Positions 39,829 through 47,295 of a stretch of DNA of 64,000 nucleotides are shown here, one piece after another. A program made the position numbers and the translations under genes. Below the pieces are notes generated by a model. It ran no database searches. It had not been told where the DNA came from and saw nothing but the letters and a program-made list of their open reading frames with translations. Source of the stretch: Candidatus Saccharimonadales bacterium (GTDB taxonomy: Bacteria; Patescibacteriota; Saccharimonadia; Saccharimonadales; JAYRRP01); contig JAYRIP010000003.1 of NCBI GenBank assembly GCA_041906765.1, positions 94,760 to 158,759 of the forward strand. The letters run 5' to 3'. Each line of letters opens with the position of its first letter. Positions within the stretch are counted from its first letter, which is position 1.

Positions 39829-40852
39829 GCCAGTTATTCTGACGGGTCTTAGGACCAACAATGATTTACACTTAGGAAACTACTTAGGTGCAATGTTGCC
39901 GATGGTCAAGTTGCAACACCACCATGCGGGCAAATATCAAATCAACATGTTCGCACCAGATTTACATAGTTTTACCACGCCTATCGATCATACACGGCTG
40001 TATGCACAGACGCTACAAAGTATCAAAATGTATGTGGCAGCAGGCTTGGACCTTGAGGAGCCAGATACTTATCTCTATCGTCAGAGCTTTATATCTGCAC
40101 ACTCAGAATTAACTGTCATTCTTAATAACTTTACCTACATGGGCGAACTCAGCAGGATGACACAATATAAAGAAAAGGGCGCTCAGCAACAAAATGTTTC
40201 CGCCGGACTGTTTGATTACCCGGTGCTCATGGCGGCCGATATTCTCCTGTATGGTGCTCAGTATGTACCAGTAGGAGACGATCAATCACAACACGTAGAA
40301 TTAGCCCGAAACATTGCCCAAAGGGTGAACAATAAATTCAAGCGTGATTTATTCGTATTACCTGCCAATGAAAAACAGCAAGTTGCTTTCACCAACCAGC
40401 AAGAACGGCTTCGTATACGCGATTTAATGGACCCATCTAAGAAAATGAGTAAATCTGACGCCAGCGGCAAGGGGGTGATTTTCCTCAACGAAGAGCCCGA
40501 AACGGCGGCCAAAAAAGTTATGTCAGCCACGACAGATAATATTGGGTGTATTACCTATAACATGGCGGAACAACCAGGCATTGGTAATCTTCTCCAACTT
40601 CTAGCCGCCCTTACCAATGTACCGCTCAGTGAAGTCGTAAAAAACCACGAAGGGCAAACTAGTTATGCAACACTTAAAACCGAGCTTGCTCAAGCCGTGG
40701 AATCATTCCTGAGTGACTTCCAGCAAAGTCTCGCAATGATAGATGAGCAATCTTTGCAGGCAAAACTTGTTTCGTCTGAAGCGGCGATGAATGAGAAAGC
40801 CAACGAGACTTTGAGCCGTGTCCAACAAGCTGTTGGCCTACGTCAACCGTAA
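39821..40852 (+). CDS. trpS: Tryptophanyl-tRNA synthetase
   Basis: 343 aa. HIGH-type region NNDLHLGNYLG and the KMSKS motif KKMSKSD. Confidence 0.94.
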   Translation: MGKPVILTGLRTNNDLHLGNYLGAMLPMVKLQHHHAGKYQINMFAPDLHSFTTPIDHTRLYAQTLQSIKMYVAAGLDLEEPDTYLYRQSFISAHSELTVILNNFTYMGELSRMTQYKEKGAQQQNVSAGLFDYPVLMAADILLYGAQYVPVGDDQSQHVELARNIAQRVNNKFKRDLFVLPANEKQQVAFTNQQERLRIRDLMDPSKKMSKSDASGKGVIFLNEEPETAAKKVMSATTDNIGCITYNMAEQPGIGNLLQLLAALTNVPLSEVVKNHEGQTSYATLKTELAQAVESFLSDFQQSLAMIDEQSLQAKLVSSEAAMNEKANETLSRVQQAVGLRQP

Positions 40853-40858
40853 GTTTAT

Positions 40859-41713
40859 ATGCCATCCTATAAAGTATCTACTGAAGATCAAAACAAGCGG
40901 GCAGATGTATTTTTGGCTGCACAAACAGACCTGAATCGCTCCTCGCTCAAGAAACTATTTGCGACCGGGCAGGTACAGATCGATCAAACTGCCATTAAAG
41001 CTGGCTACAACCTAAAGACTGGTGAGGTCATTGCCGTTCATCTGCCAAAAGCATCTATCCAAGAAGTAAAATTAGACATACTCTACCGTGATGATGACTG
41101 TGTAGTTATCAACAAACCGACAGGTATGTTGAGCCATAGTAAGGGTGCCTATCTGGAAGAGCCTACCGTGGCCAGTTCATTAGTACCTTGGTTAAAAGAC
41201 CTTGGTGGCGAGCGAGCAGGCATTGTACATCGGCTTGATCGGGCAACTTCCGGTGTTATGATTTGTGCCCGGACAAAAGAAGCTATGAAAACGCTGCAAC
41301 GCCAATTTGCCAAACGCACAGTAGTAAAACGTTACCATGCAATTACTCAAGGTGTACCCAAGCCTACAGAAGCTGTTATCGATATGCCGATCAGCCGCAA
41401 CCCGCATAAGCCCCAAACATTTACCACTCATTTGAGCGGTAAATCTGCAACCACGCACTACAAGGTAATCGAAGCACGAAACGATAAGGCGCTCGTACTA
41501 CTCGAACCACGCACCGGCCGTACCCACCAACTCCGGGTACATTTGCAGAAAATTGGCGCACCAATAGTGGGGGATACCATTTATGGTGGTCCTTTGGCTG
41601 ATCGGCTGTATTTACATGCATCATCATTAGAAATCACCTTGCCAAATAAAGAAAGACGTACGTTCACTGTACCACTGCCACCGGAATTTCAAGAAGCACT
41701 GGAAACAAAATAA
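40859..41713 (+). CDS. RluA-family pseudouridine synthase (RluD-like, with S4 domain)
   Basis: 284 aa. N-terminal S4-like region and catalytic motif HRLDRATSGVMICA. Confidence 0.88.
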   Translation: MPSYKVSTEDQNKRADVFLAAQTDLNRSSLKKLFATGQVQIDQTAIKAGYNLKTGEVIAVHLPKASIQEVKLDILYRDDDCVVINKPTGMLSHSKGAYLEEPTVASSLVPWLKDLGGERAGIVHRLDRATSGVMICARTKEAMKTLQRQFAKRTVVKRYHAITQGVPKPTEAVIDMPISRNPHKPQTFTTHLSGKSATTHYKVIEARNDKALVLLEPRTGRTHQLRVHLQKIGAPIVGDTIYGGPLADRLYLHASSLEITLPNKERRTFTVPLPPEFQEALETK

Positions 41714-42582
41714 TGGATCTTCTTCTGCACCCAGATAGCCGACATCAACTAGACCATGTAGTACAAGACATGCCGCAAGCCATACTTATTATTGCTCCCG
41801 ATGGTGCCGGCAAATCTACATTGGTCCGTTATTTAACTTCGCAGCTTCTTAAAGTAGATCAGAATAAGCTCAGTAATTATCCGTATTACCATGAAGTAGG
41901 TGACGGTGAAAAGTCAATAACAATAGAGGATGTTCGTACACTGCAATCCCAATCACGTCTTAAGACACCCGGGCAAGCGGCAGTCCGACGGGTTTTTTCG
42001 TTATTAGGCGCAGATAACATGACACTTGAGGCGCAAAACGCCCTTCTGAAGCTCTTGGAAGCACCACCGACAGATACTATCCTCCTGCTCACTGCCACTT
42101 ATCCCAACAATCTCTTACCCACAATCCGTTCACGCACACAGGTCATTCCTATCAAGCCGCCCACTCTAAGCCAAGCCAGCATGTACTTCACTTCACAAGG
42201 ATTTGCAGAAAGTGATATTCGCAAAGCATATTTATTGAGTGAAGGTAGTATGGGTTTATTGAGCGCGTTACTTCACCATCAAAGCGACCATCACTTGTCA
42301 AAAGCTATAGAAGAGACAAAAAGCCTTCTCAAACTACCCGTTTATGAGCGGCTCGTAAGGTTAGAAAAAATATCTAAGAACCAAGAGATCGAGCCAATCG
42401 TTTTGCTCGATGCTTTAGGGCGTGTTTGTCGAGCATTACTGCAGGAATCAGCCAAGCGTGGTGATAGAGAATCGACAGCTAGATTTCGTAAAATTCTTGC
42501 GAATATCTCCAACTCAGAAATTTATCTTGCAGCAAATGTTTCCAGCAAATTGGTTATGACTGAGCTGGCGTTGCACATATAG
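41713..42582 (+). CDS. holB: DNA polymerase III subunit delta'
   Basis: 289 aa. AAA+ clamp-loader pattern IIAPDGAGKSTL, NALLKLLEAPP and SRTQVI (the SRC-like position). Confidence 0.75.
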   Translation: MDLLLHPDSRHQLDHVVQDMPQAILIIAPDGAGKSTLVRYLTSQLLKVDQNKLSNYPYYHEVGDGEKSITIEDVRTLQSQSRLKTPGQAAVRRVFSLLGADNMTLEAQNALLKLLEAPPTDTILLLTATYPNNLLPTIRSRTQVIPIKPPTLSQASMYFTSQGFAESDIRKAYLLSEGSMGLLSALLHHQSDHHLSKAIEETKSLLKLPVYERLVRLEKISKNQEIEPIVLLDALGRVCRALLQESAKRGDRESTARFRKILANISNSEIYLAANVSSKLVMTELALHI

Positions 42583-42604
42583 ACTTTGTTATAATCAAAC
42601 ACGT

Positions 42605-43258
42605 ATGCTGGAGCTTTTAATGGTGTTAGGCTTTGGGGCCATCGCAGTTCACGGCGCAAATGTACGCGATGAGGAGCTCACTGGTTTGCCTCGTAGAATT
42701 AGCGACAAACTGGGCCGTCTGTGGGATATCGCCCATCAAGGGATGCGGGAAAACCGTTTTTTGCGGGCTGAGAAAGCATTATTAACGATTCTTAAAATTG
42801 ACCAAAAGAACGCAGCGGCTTATAACCGGCTCGGTATCCTCTATGCCAAACAAAAAGAATACAAAGATGCCATCGACTGCTTCGAAATAGCCTCAAGTAT
42901 CGAGTCAACACCATCCAGCTTACATAACTTGGGTCTTATCTACTACGAGACCGAAAACTATGAAAAGGCTGCTGTAGCCTTTGAGCGCGCCATGTCACTC
43001 GAAGATAACCTGGCTGCCCGCCACATTGCTTACGCCAAAGTGCAAGAGAAGTTAAGCAATGACAAATTGATGTTACAACACCTCCAAAAAGCGGTGGAAC
43101 TAGAACCGAACCAAGAAACGTACACCTTATTACACAAAGCCTACGAAGGGCGCGGTATGGAACTTGAGGCTGATCAAATCCAGGAGAAGCTCAAGAAACT
43201 CGTGGTTCCTTCAGGCAAGCCCAAACGAGTGCTTCGACCAAAAAGAGTTGTCATTTAG
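42605..43258 (+). CDS. TPR-repeat protein with an N-terminal hydrophobic segment
   Basis: 217 aa. Repeated TPR-like units (AAAYNRLGILYAKQKEYKDAIDCFEIA, LHNLGLIYYETENYEKAAVAFERA). Confidence 0.75.
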   Translation: MLELLMVLGFGAIAVHGANVRDEELTGLPRRISDKLGRLWDIAHQGMRENRFLRAEKALLTILKIDQKNAAAYNRLGILYAKQKEYKDAIDCFEIASSIESTPSSLHNLGLIYYETENYEKAAVAFERAMSLEDNLAARHIAYAKVQEKLSNDKLMLQHLQKAVELEPNQETYTLLHKAYEGRGMELEADQIQEKLKKLVVPSGKPKRVLRPKRVVI

Positions 43259-43274
43259 AACGAGCTACCTTACA

Positions 43275-43303
43275 TTGCCTCTCTACCGGTGTTCTGCTAT
43301 TAT
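43275..43303 (+). promoter_or_regulatory. Possible promoter of the tRNA cluster
   Basis: TTGCCT (43275-43280), 17-nt spacer, TATTAT (43298-43303), about 15 nt upstream of tRNA-Thr. Confidence 0.4.
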
Positions 43304-43317
43304 TGAGCAGTCCTTTT

Positions 43318-43393
43318 GCCGACGTAGCTCAGCTGGTAGAGCAGCTGTTTTGTAAACAGCAGGTCGCAGGTTCGAGCCCTGTCGTCGGCTCCA
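43318..43393 (+). tRNA. tRNA-Thr(TGT), encoded CCA
   Basis: Hand fold: acceptor GCCGACG/CGTCGGC; anticodon stem GCTGT/ACAGC with loop TTTGTAA; T arm GCAGG-TTCGAGC-CCTGT. Confidence 0.9.
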
Positions 43394-43412
43394 GATTTTA
43401 TTCTGGCGTTTC

Positions 43413-43553
43413 GCAGGGATAGTGAAGCGGTCAAACACGGCAGACTGTAAATCTGCTGGCATTCGCCTTCGGGGTGAGAACTGCCGGTGGCAGTTTGCAA
43501 GGAAATTCCGCCAGCGGCGGATTTCGGGGTCGCCGAAGGTGACTCGAATCCCT
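43413..43553 (+). ncRNA. Aberrant tRNA-Tyr(GTA)-like element: an intact 5' two-thirds, a 74-nt structured insertion at the T-arm position, and no 3' acceptor strand or CCA
   Basis: Positions 43413-43470 parallel tRNA-Tyr, with the same acceptor 5' strand, D loop, anticodon loop CTGTAAA and variable hairpin, and with compensatory stem substitutions. These are followed by two GC hairpins and then TCGAATCCCT. See findings. Confidence 0.45.
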
Positions 43554-43574
43554 TAAAAACTTAATCATTCTTGT

Positions 43575-43660
43575 GCAGGGATACTCAAGCGGTCAACGAG
43601 GGCTGACTGTAAATCAGCTGGCATACGCCTACGGGGGTTCGAATCCCTCTCCCTGCACCA
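43575..43660 (+). tRNA. tRNA-Tyr(GTA), type II, encoded CCA
   Basis: Hand fold: acceptor GCAGGGA/TCCCTGC; anticodon stem GCTGA/TCAGC with loop CTGTAAA; variable arm TGGCATACGCCTAC; T arm GGGGG-TTCGAAT-CCCTC; discriminator A plus CCA. Confidence 0.9.
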
Positions 43661-43683
43661 GGGATAGAAGGATTGTGAACGCT
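43658..43683 (+). repeat. Direct repeat copy 1, starting at the CCA end of tRNA-Tyr
   Basis: CCAGGGATAGAAGGATTGTGAACGCT matches copy 2 at 23 of 26 positions. Confidence 0.7.
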
Positions 43684-43697
43684 CAAAATTTCTGAAT

Positions 43698-44141
43698 ATG
43701 AAACCGCATAAAGAAGCAGTATCAATTATTGTTAAACAGCCAAGTGGTGATTTTTTGGTTGTAAAACGTCCAGATGACCCAAATGACGATTTGGCAGGTG
43801 TTTGGGGTTTTCCTGCAGTTACACTTCGTGATGATGAAGTTGAAATTGATGGAGTAAAACGAGCTGCCAAAGACAAGCTCGGAATAGAAGTAGATATTAT
43901 TAAAAGACTTGGCGAAAGCACTCATGAGCGGCCAAGGCACATATTAAAACTTGCTGATTACGAAGTCTTCGTTACGAAAGGAACCCCAAAAGTTCCTCAA
44001 TCAGATGCCTCAGTTACACAGTACACAGAGTGTAAGTTTACCGACGACCCTACAATATTAGTTCCAGCTGCTAAAAAGGGTTCACAATGTACTCAAATAT
44101 TTTTGGAAGACTTAAAAATTGACTGGCAAAACACGAATTGA
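43698..44141 (+). CDS. Nudix-fold protein with a degenerate Nudix box
   Basis: 147 aa. GVWGFPAVTLRDDEVEIDGVKRAAKDKLGI aligns to the Nudix box pattern G.W.FPGG..E.GE....A..REL.EE.G, but the REL.EE acidic residues are replaced by RAAKDK. Confidence 0.6.
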   Translation: MKPHKEAVSIIVKQPSGDFLVVKRPDDPNDDLAGVWGFPAVTLRDDEVEIDGVKRAAKDKLGIEVDIIKRLGESTHERPRHILKLADYEVFVTKGTPKVPQSDASVTQYTECKFTDDPTILVPAAKKGSQCTQIFLEDLKIDWQNTN

Positions 44142-44189
44142 CATATAATTACCCATGTATAGCGTTATAACAGTGTTGATTACGCTATA

Positions 44190-44215
44190 CCAGAGATAGA
44201 AGGGTTGTGAACGTT
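44190..44215 (+). repeat. Direct repeat copy 2
   Basis: CCAGAGATAGAAGGGTTGTGAACGTT. It follows a 9-bp hairpin (GTATAGCGT 44157-44165 / ACGCTATAC 44182-44190). Confidence 0.7.
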
Positions 44216-44250
44216 AGAACTTTTCTTTGATTAACTTTTGTTATTATTAA

Positions 44251-44795
44251 TTGATGACACAACTTACACTAGTGACCGGCAATTTAGATAAACTTACCGA
44301 ATTGCAGGCCGTCTTTCCACCAGAAGTTGAGTTAACTCACAGAAAACTAGACATTGTCGAAATTCAGGGCGAACCCAGCGAAATTGTTATCGACAAACTG
44401 CAGAGAGCTTATGAAGCAGTGAAAGGTCCAGTAATAGTTGAGGACGTTTCTGCCGAACTTGCTTGCCACAACGGCTTGCCCGACCATATATTAAGTATTA
44501 CGAGAAAAAGCTGGGTAAAGATGCACTTTGGAAGCTTGCCCAACATGCTGAAGATAAGTCTGCAGCCATCCGTTGTACTATGGGTTTCTTTAATGGAAGT
44601 ACAAAGACTATTGAGGAGGGCTTGGTGCACGGTAAAGTGGTTTCGCCCCGAGGAGAAAATGGATTTGGTTTTGATTTCGTATTTGTCCCAGAAGGCCACA
44701 CCAGAACAACTGCCGAAATGTCACCATCAGAAAAAAACCAAATTAGCTGGCGAGGTCTAGCTGCAAGAGCGCTCGTCGCAAGGTTGTACGGTTAG
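44251..44795 (+). pseudogene. rdgB: Non-canonical purine NTP pyrophosphatase (HAM1/RdgB/ITPase family) interrupted by a 1-nt frameshift
   Basis: The N-terminal part (LVTGNLDKLTELQ...VEDVSAELACHNGLP) is in the frame of 44251. The C-terminal part (PYIKYYEKKLG...FGFDFVFVPEGHTRTTAEMSPSEKNQISWRG) is in the frame of 44463. The expected GLPGPYIK junction is restored by adding one G near 44482. Confidence 0.8.
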
Positions 44796-44911
44796 ACTGT
44801 GCGAAAAACTAATTTATTCCTAACAGCGTCTATCATCCTGCACCACGATTTTCACATCTGTTATATTGAATAGAGCATTAGTACGTTAAAACTAAACACG
44901 GGAAACTAAAG

Positions 44912-45403
44912 ATGGCAAATGTAAAAAAATGGATCCTCAAAAGTAAGAACAATTCTCTGCAACCTGGTGAAGAACTTCTAGCCGCTTTAGGTGTTGCGGT
45001 AAGAGATAAAGTCAAATATATGGCTGCTGGGTATCTTGGTGGTGCAGTTGGCGAAGTGACTGCGGTAAAAAAACTCAACGAGCAGAATGAAGCAGACTTG
45101 TCCCAAAAAGTACCGTCAATTGAAAAATACCCACCTGGTGCGGTAATCATTGGGTTAACCCCGGCTCGATTATTAATATATAAACTAAATTTCTTAGGCA
45201 GACCCAAGGAGTTAGGCGCCGATTATGCAAGAAATGAGGTTGTGAAAGCAGAAATGGAGAATAAAAAAATAAACTACTCTCTAGTTCTATTTTTCGCGGA
45301 TGGCGGGAAGATTACTCATGATGTTAGTCTGACGCAAGGAGATGAACTTAAACAGTTTGTAGGCCTTATCAATCAACACCTAAGCAGCGTTCCTACTTCG
45401 TAG
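44912..45403 (+). CDS. Hypothetical protein (possibly a bacterial PH-like fold)
   Basis: 163-aa ORF. The pattern GAVIIGLTPARLLIYKLN loosely resembles bacterial PH domains. No confident assignment. Confidence 0.5.
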   Translation: MANVKKWILKSKNNSLQPGEELLAALGVAVRDKVKYMAAGYLGGAVGEVTAVKKLNEQNEADLSQKVPSIEKYPPGAVIIGLTPARLLIYKLNFLGRPKELGADYARNEVVKAEMENKKINYSLVLFFADGGKITHDVSLTQGDELKQFVGLINQHLSSVPTS

Positions 45404-45455
45404 CATGCTGCATTAAATTTGCTCTAAGCTGTAATTTGTTGTTATTGTATACGCT

Positions 45456-45887
45456 ATGAAAAATATGGAAGCCTTCTTGGCGTATCGACACACAGGCGAG
45501 CAACCTGAAGATTTGGAAGTTCTATTAGGTAATACACGCGATGCTCTTGCTCGAGCTGGGGTTAATGCATACTGTACTTTTTTTGATGAGGATGAATTTC
45601 AAAATAAATCATTTGGTGCTCGCCAGATAATGGACCATGCTTTTGAAACCATAGAAGCTAAAGATATGCTCTTTGTACTGCAAACCTCAGAAAATAAAAG
45701 TGAAGGTATGCTTATGGAAGTCGGATATTGCAGAGCTAGAGGCATCCCAGTTGTTGTGGCTTCTAAGAGTGACGTGGAGCACACTTACCTACCTGACATG
45801 GCCGATATCGCAATTAGATGGAATGATCCAGAAGACTTACATCAACAAATTGAAGCTACAGATTTTTCAGCTTTAGCGCGAAGCTAA
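45456..45887 (+). CDS. Nucleoside 2-deoxyribosyltransferase-like (Rossmann-like) protein
   Basis: 143 aa. MLFVLQTSENKSEGMLMEVGYCRARGIPVVV resembles the conserved Glu/Gly segment of the family. Confidence 0.55.
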   Translation: MKNMEAFLAYRHTGEQPEDLEVLLGNTRDALARAGVNAYCTFFDEDEFQNKSFGARQIMDHAFETIEAKDMLFVLQTSENKSEGMLMEVGYCRARGIPVVVASKSDVEHTYLPDMADIAIRWNDPEDLHQQIEATDFSALARS

Positions 45888-45959
45888 TTCACAATATAAT
45901 TATCACGCTGCACGCACTTATGCTTGCATGTACAATTACGTTAAGAGATTATTATAGAT

Positions 45960-46469
45960 ATGGAGCGACCAGAGCAATTCAGAGATCCTCAACTTGATAC
46001 TTCTGGTGATATTATTGGGTTTTATCCACGCGAATTTTATACCTTTGATAACTTCTCGTCATTCCAAGTCGATTACGCTGGTAGAAGATGGCCAACATCG
46101 GAACATGCGTATCAAGCTTCTCATTTCTTTGATACAGCACCAGAGCTCGTAGAGGAGATTTTTAATGCACGTTCAGCACACGATGCTTACAAAATTGCCA
46201 AGACCAATGGTCACAAGGCTCCTGAAAATTGGGAAGACATCAAGGTAAGTATTATGTACGAGATATGCAAGCTTAAGCTATTCCAGAATCCATATGTACA
46301 ACATAAACTTGAGCTTAGTGGCGACCTTAATATAGTAGAAGATTCCCCCAAAGACAATTTCTGGGGCTGGGGAGCCAACCGCGATGGTCGTAACGAGCTT
46401 GGCAAAATTTGGATGCGATTAAGAGACGAAGTGCGTTCTGGCGCTATAGAGGTCGAGCAAGTAGAATAG
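45960..46469 (+). CDS. NADAR (YbiA/DUF1768) family protein
   Basis: 169 aa. Motifs FYTFDNFSSFQVDYAGRRWPTSEHAYQASHF and NFWGWGANRDGRNELGKIWMRLR match the family hallmarks. Confidence 0.8.
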   Translation: MERPEQFRDPQLDTSGDIIGFYPREFYTFDNFSSFQVDYAGRRWPTSEHAYQASHFFDTAPELVEEIFNARSAHDAYKIAKTNGHKAPENWEDIKVSIMYEICKLKLFQNPYVQHKLELSGDLNIVEDSPKDNFWGWGANRDGRNELGKIWMRLRDEVRSGAIEVEQVE

Positions 46470-46514
46470 TTCTAATAGCGTAGATCGCGCTGCATCACTG
46501 ACAGAAGGGTATGA

Positions 46515-46952
46515 ATGTTAGAAATTATGGCTAAAGACAACTGTCCATTTTGTAGTCTTAACGAACGTGTCCTAAAAGAAAATGACAAAGCAATATTATT
46601 CTTAAGTAATCCAAGAATAATGGAGGGACATTTTTTAATATCCCCAAAGCGTCACGTTGAAAAGCCATGGGAATTAACAAATGACGAAGTTTCATCAATC
46701 TTTAATTTAGTACGCCTCGTACAGGAGTTTATTACCGAGAATTTAACTGACGGGTGTGATGTACGCCAAAATTATCGTCCATTCCTTAAACAGAGCAAGC
46801 TGAAAGTAAACCATGTTCATTATCATGTCATGCCAAGGAACTTTGAGGACGAGTTGTATCAAAAAGTCGAGAAGCATGAAACTCAAATGTTTAAGGATTT
46901 AGGCAATAACGAGCACGAAAGAATTGCCAAGATGCTTGAAGAAGCCTTATAA
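46515..46952 (+). CDS. HIT-family nucleotide hydrolase/transferase
   Basis: 145 aa. Histidine triad HVHYHVMPR. N-terminal CPFC. Confidence 0.8.
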   Translation: MLEIMAKDNCPFCSLNERVLKENDKAILFLSNPRIMEGHFLISPKRHVEKPWELTNDEVSSIFNLVRLVQEFITENLTDGCDVRQNYRPFLKQSKLKVNHVHYHVMPRNFEDELYQKVEKHETQMFKDLGNNEHERIAKMLEEAL

Positions 46953-47295
46953 CATCCTCTTTTCCGATTTGCGATAGATAGAGGTATTATTGATAAGATG
47001 CAAATATCCCTTCGTTTTGCTTATGCTTGCAATAAATATTATATGGAAAGAAAATGGTTCATATGTCCGACTTAGAAAATGAACACATTTCAGCAGCAGA
47101 AGTTGAATCAGCGGCCTTGAATGAGACTGCGTTGCACGCACTGCAATGTGAACGTTGTGCCAGATTGATAATCCACTATGCTCAGACTCGTGAAAATACG
47201 CCACTAGAGCAATACCCCACTGCGGAGTAGTTTACCCACTTTGTACTCAGTGCTGCATCACGAGTAGACGAAAACGGTAATTATGTTATAGTAAC

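Noticed and set aside
43300-43921. Minus-strand ORFs 43300-43500, 43565-43921 and 43722-43940.
   Set aside because: They overlap the tRNA cluster and the Nudix-like gene in antisense. They are artefacts of structured or GC-rich tRNA sequence.
44837-44845. CCTGCACCA, a copy of the tRNA-Tyr 3' end, considered as a definitive attR site.
   Set aside because: An exact 9-nt match (13 of 17 when extended) is within chance expectation for a 64-kb window on two strands. It is mentioned only as weak support.
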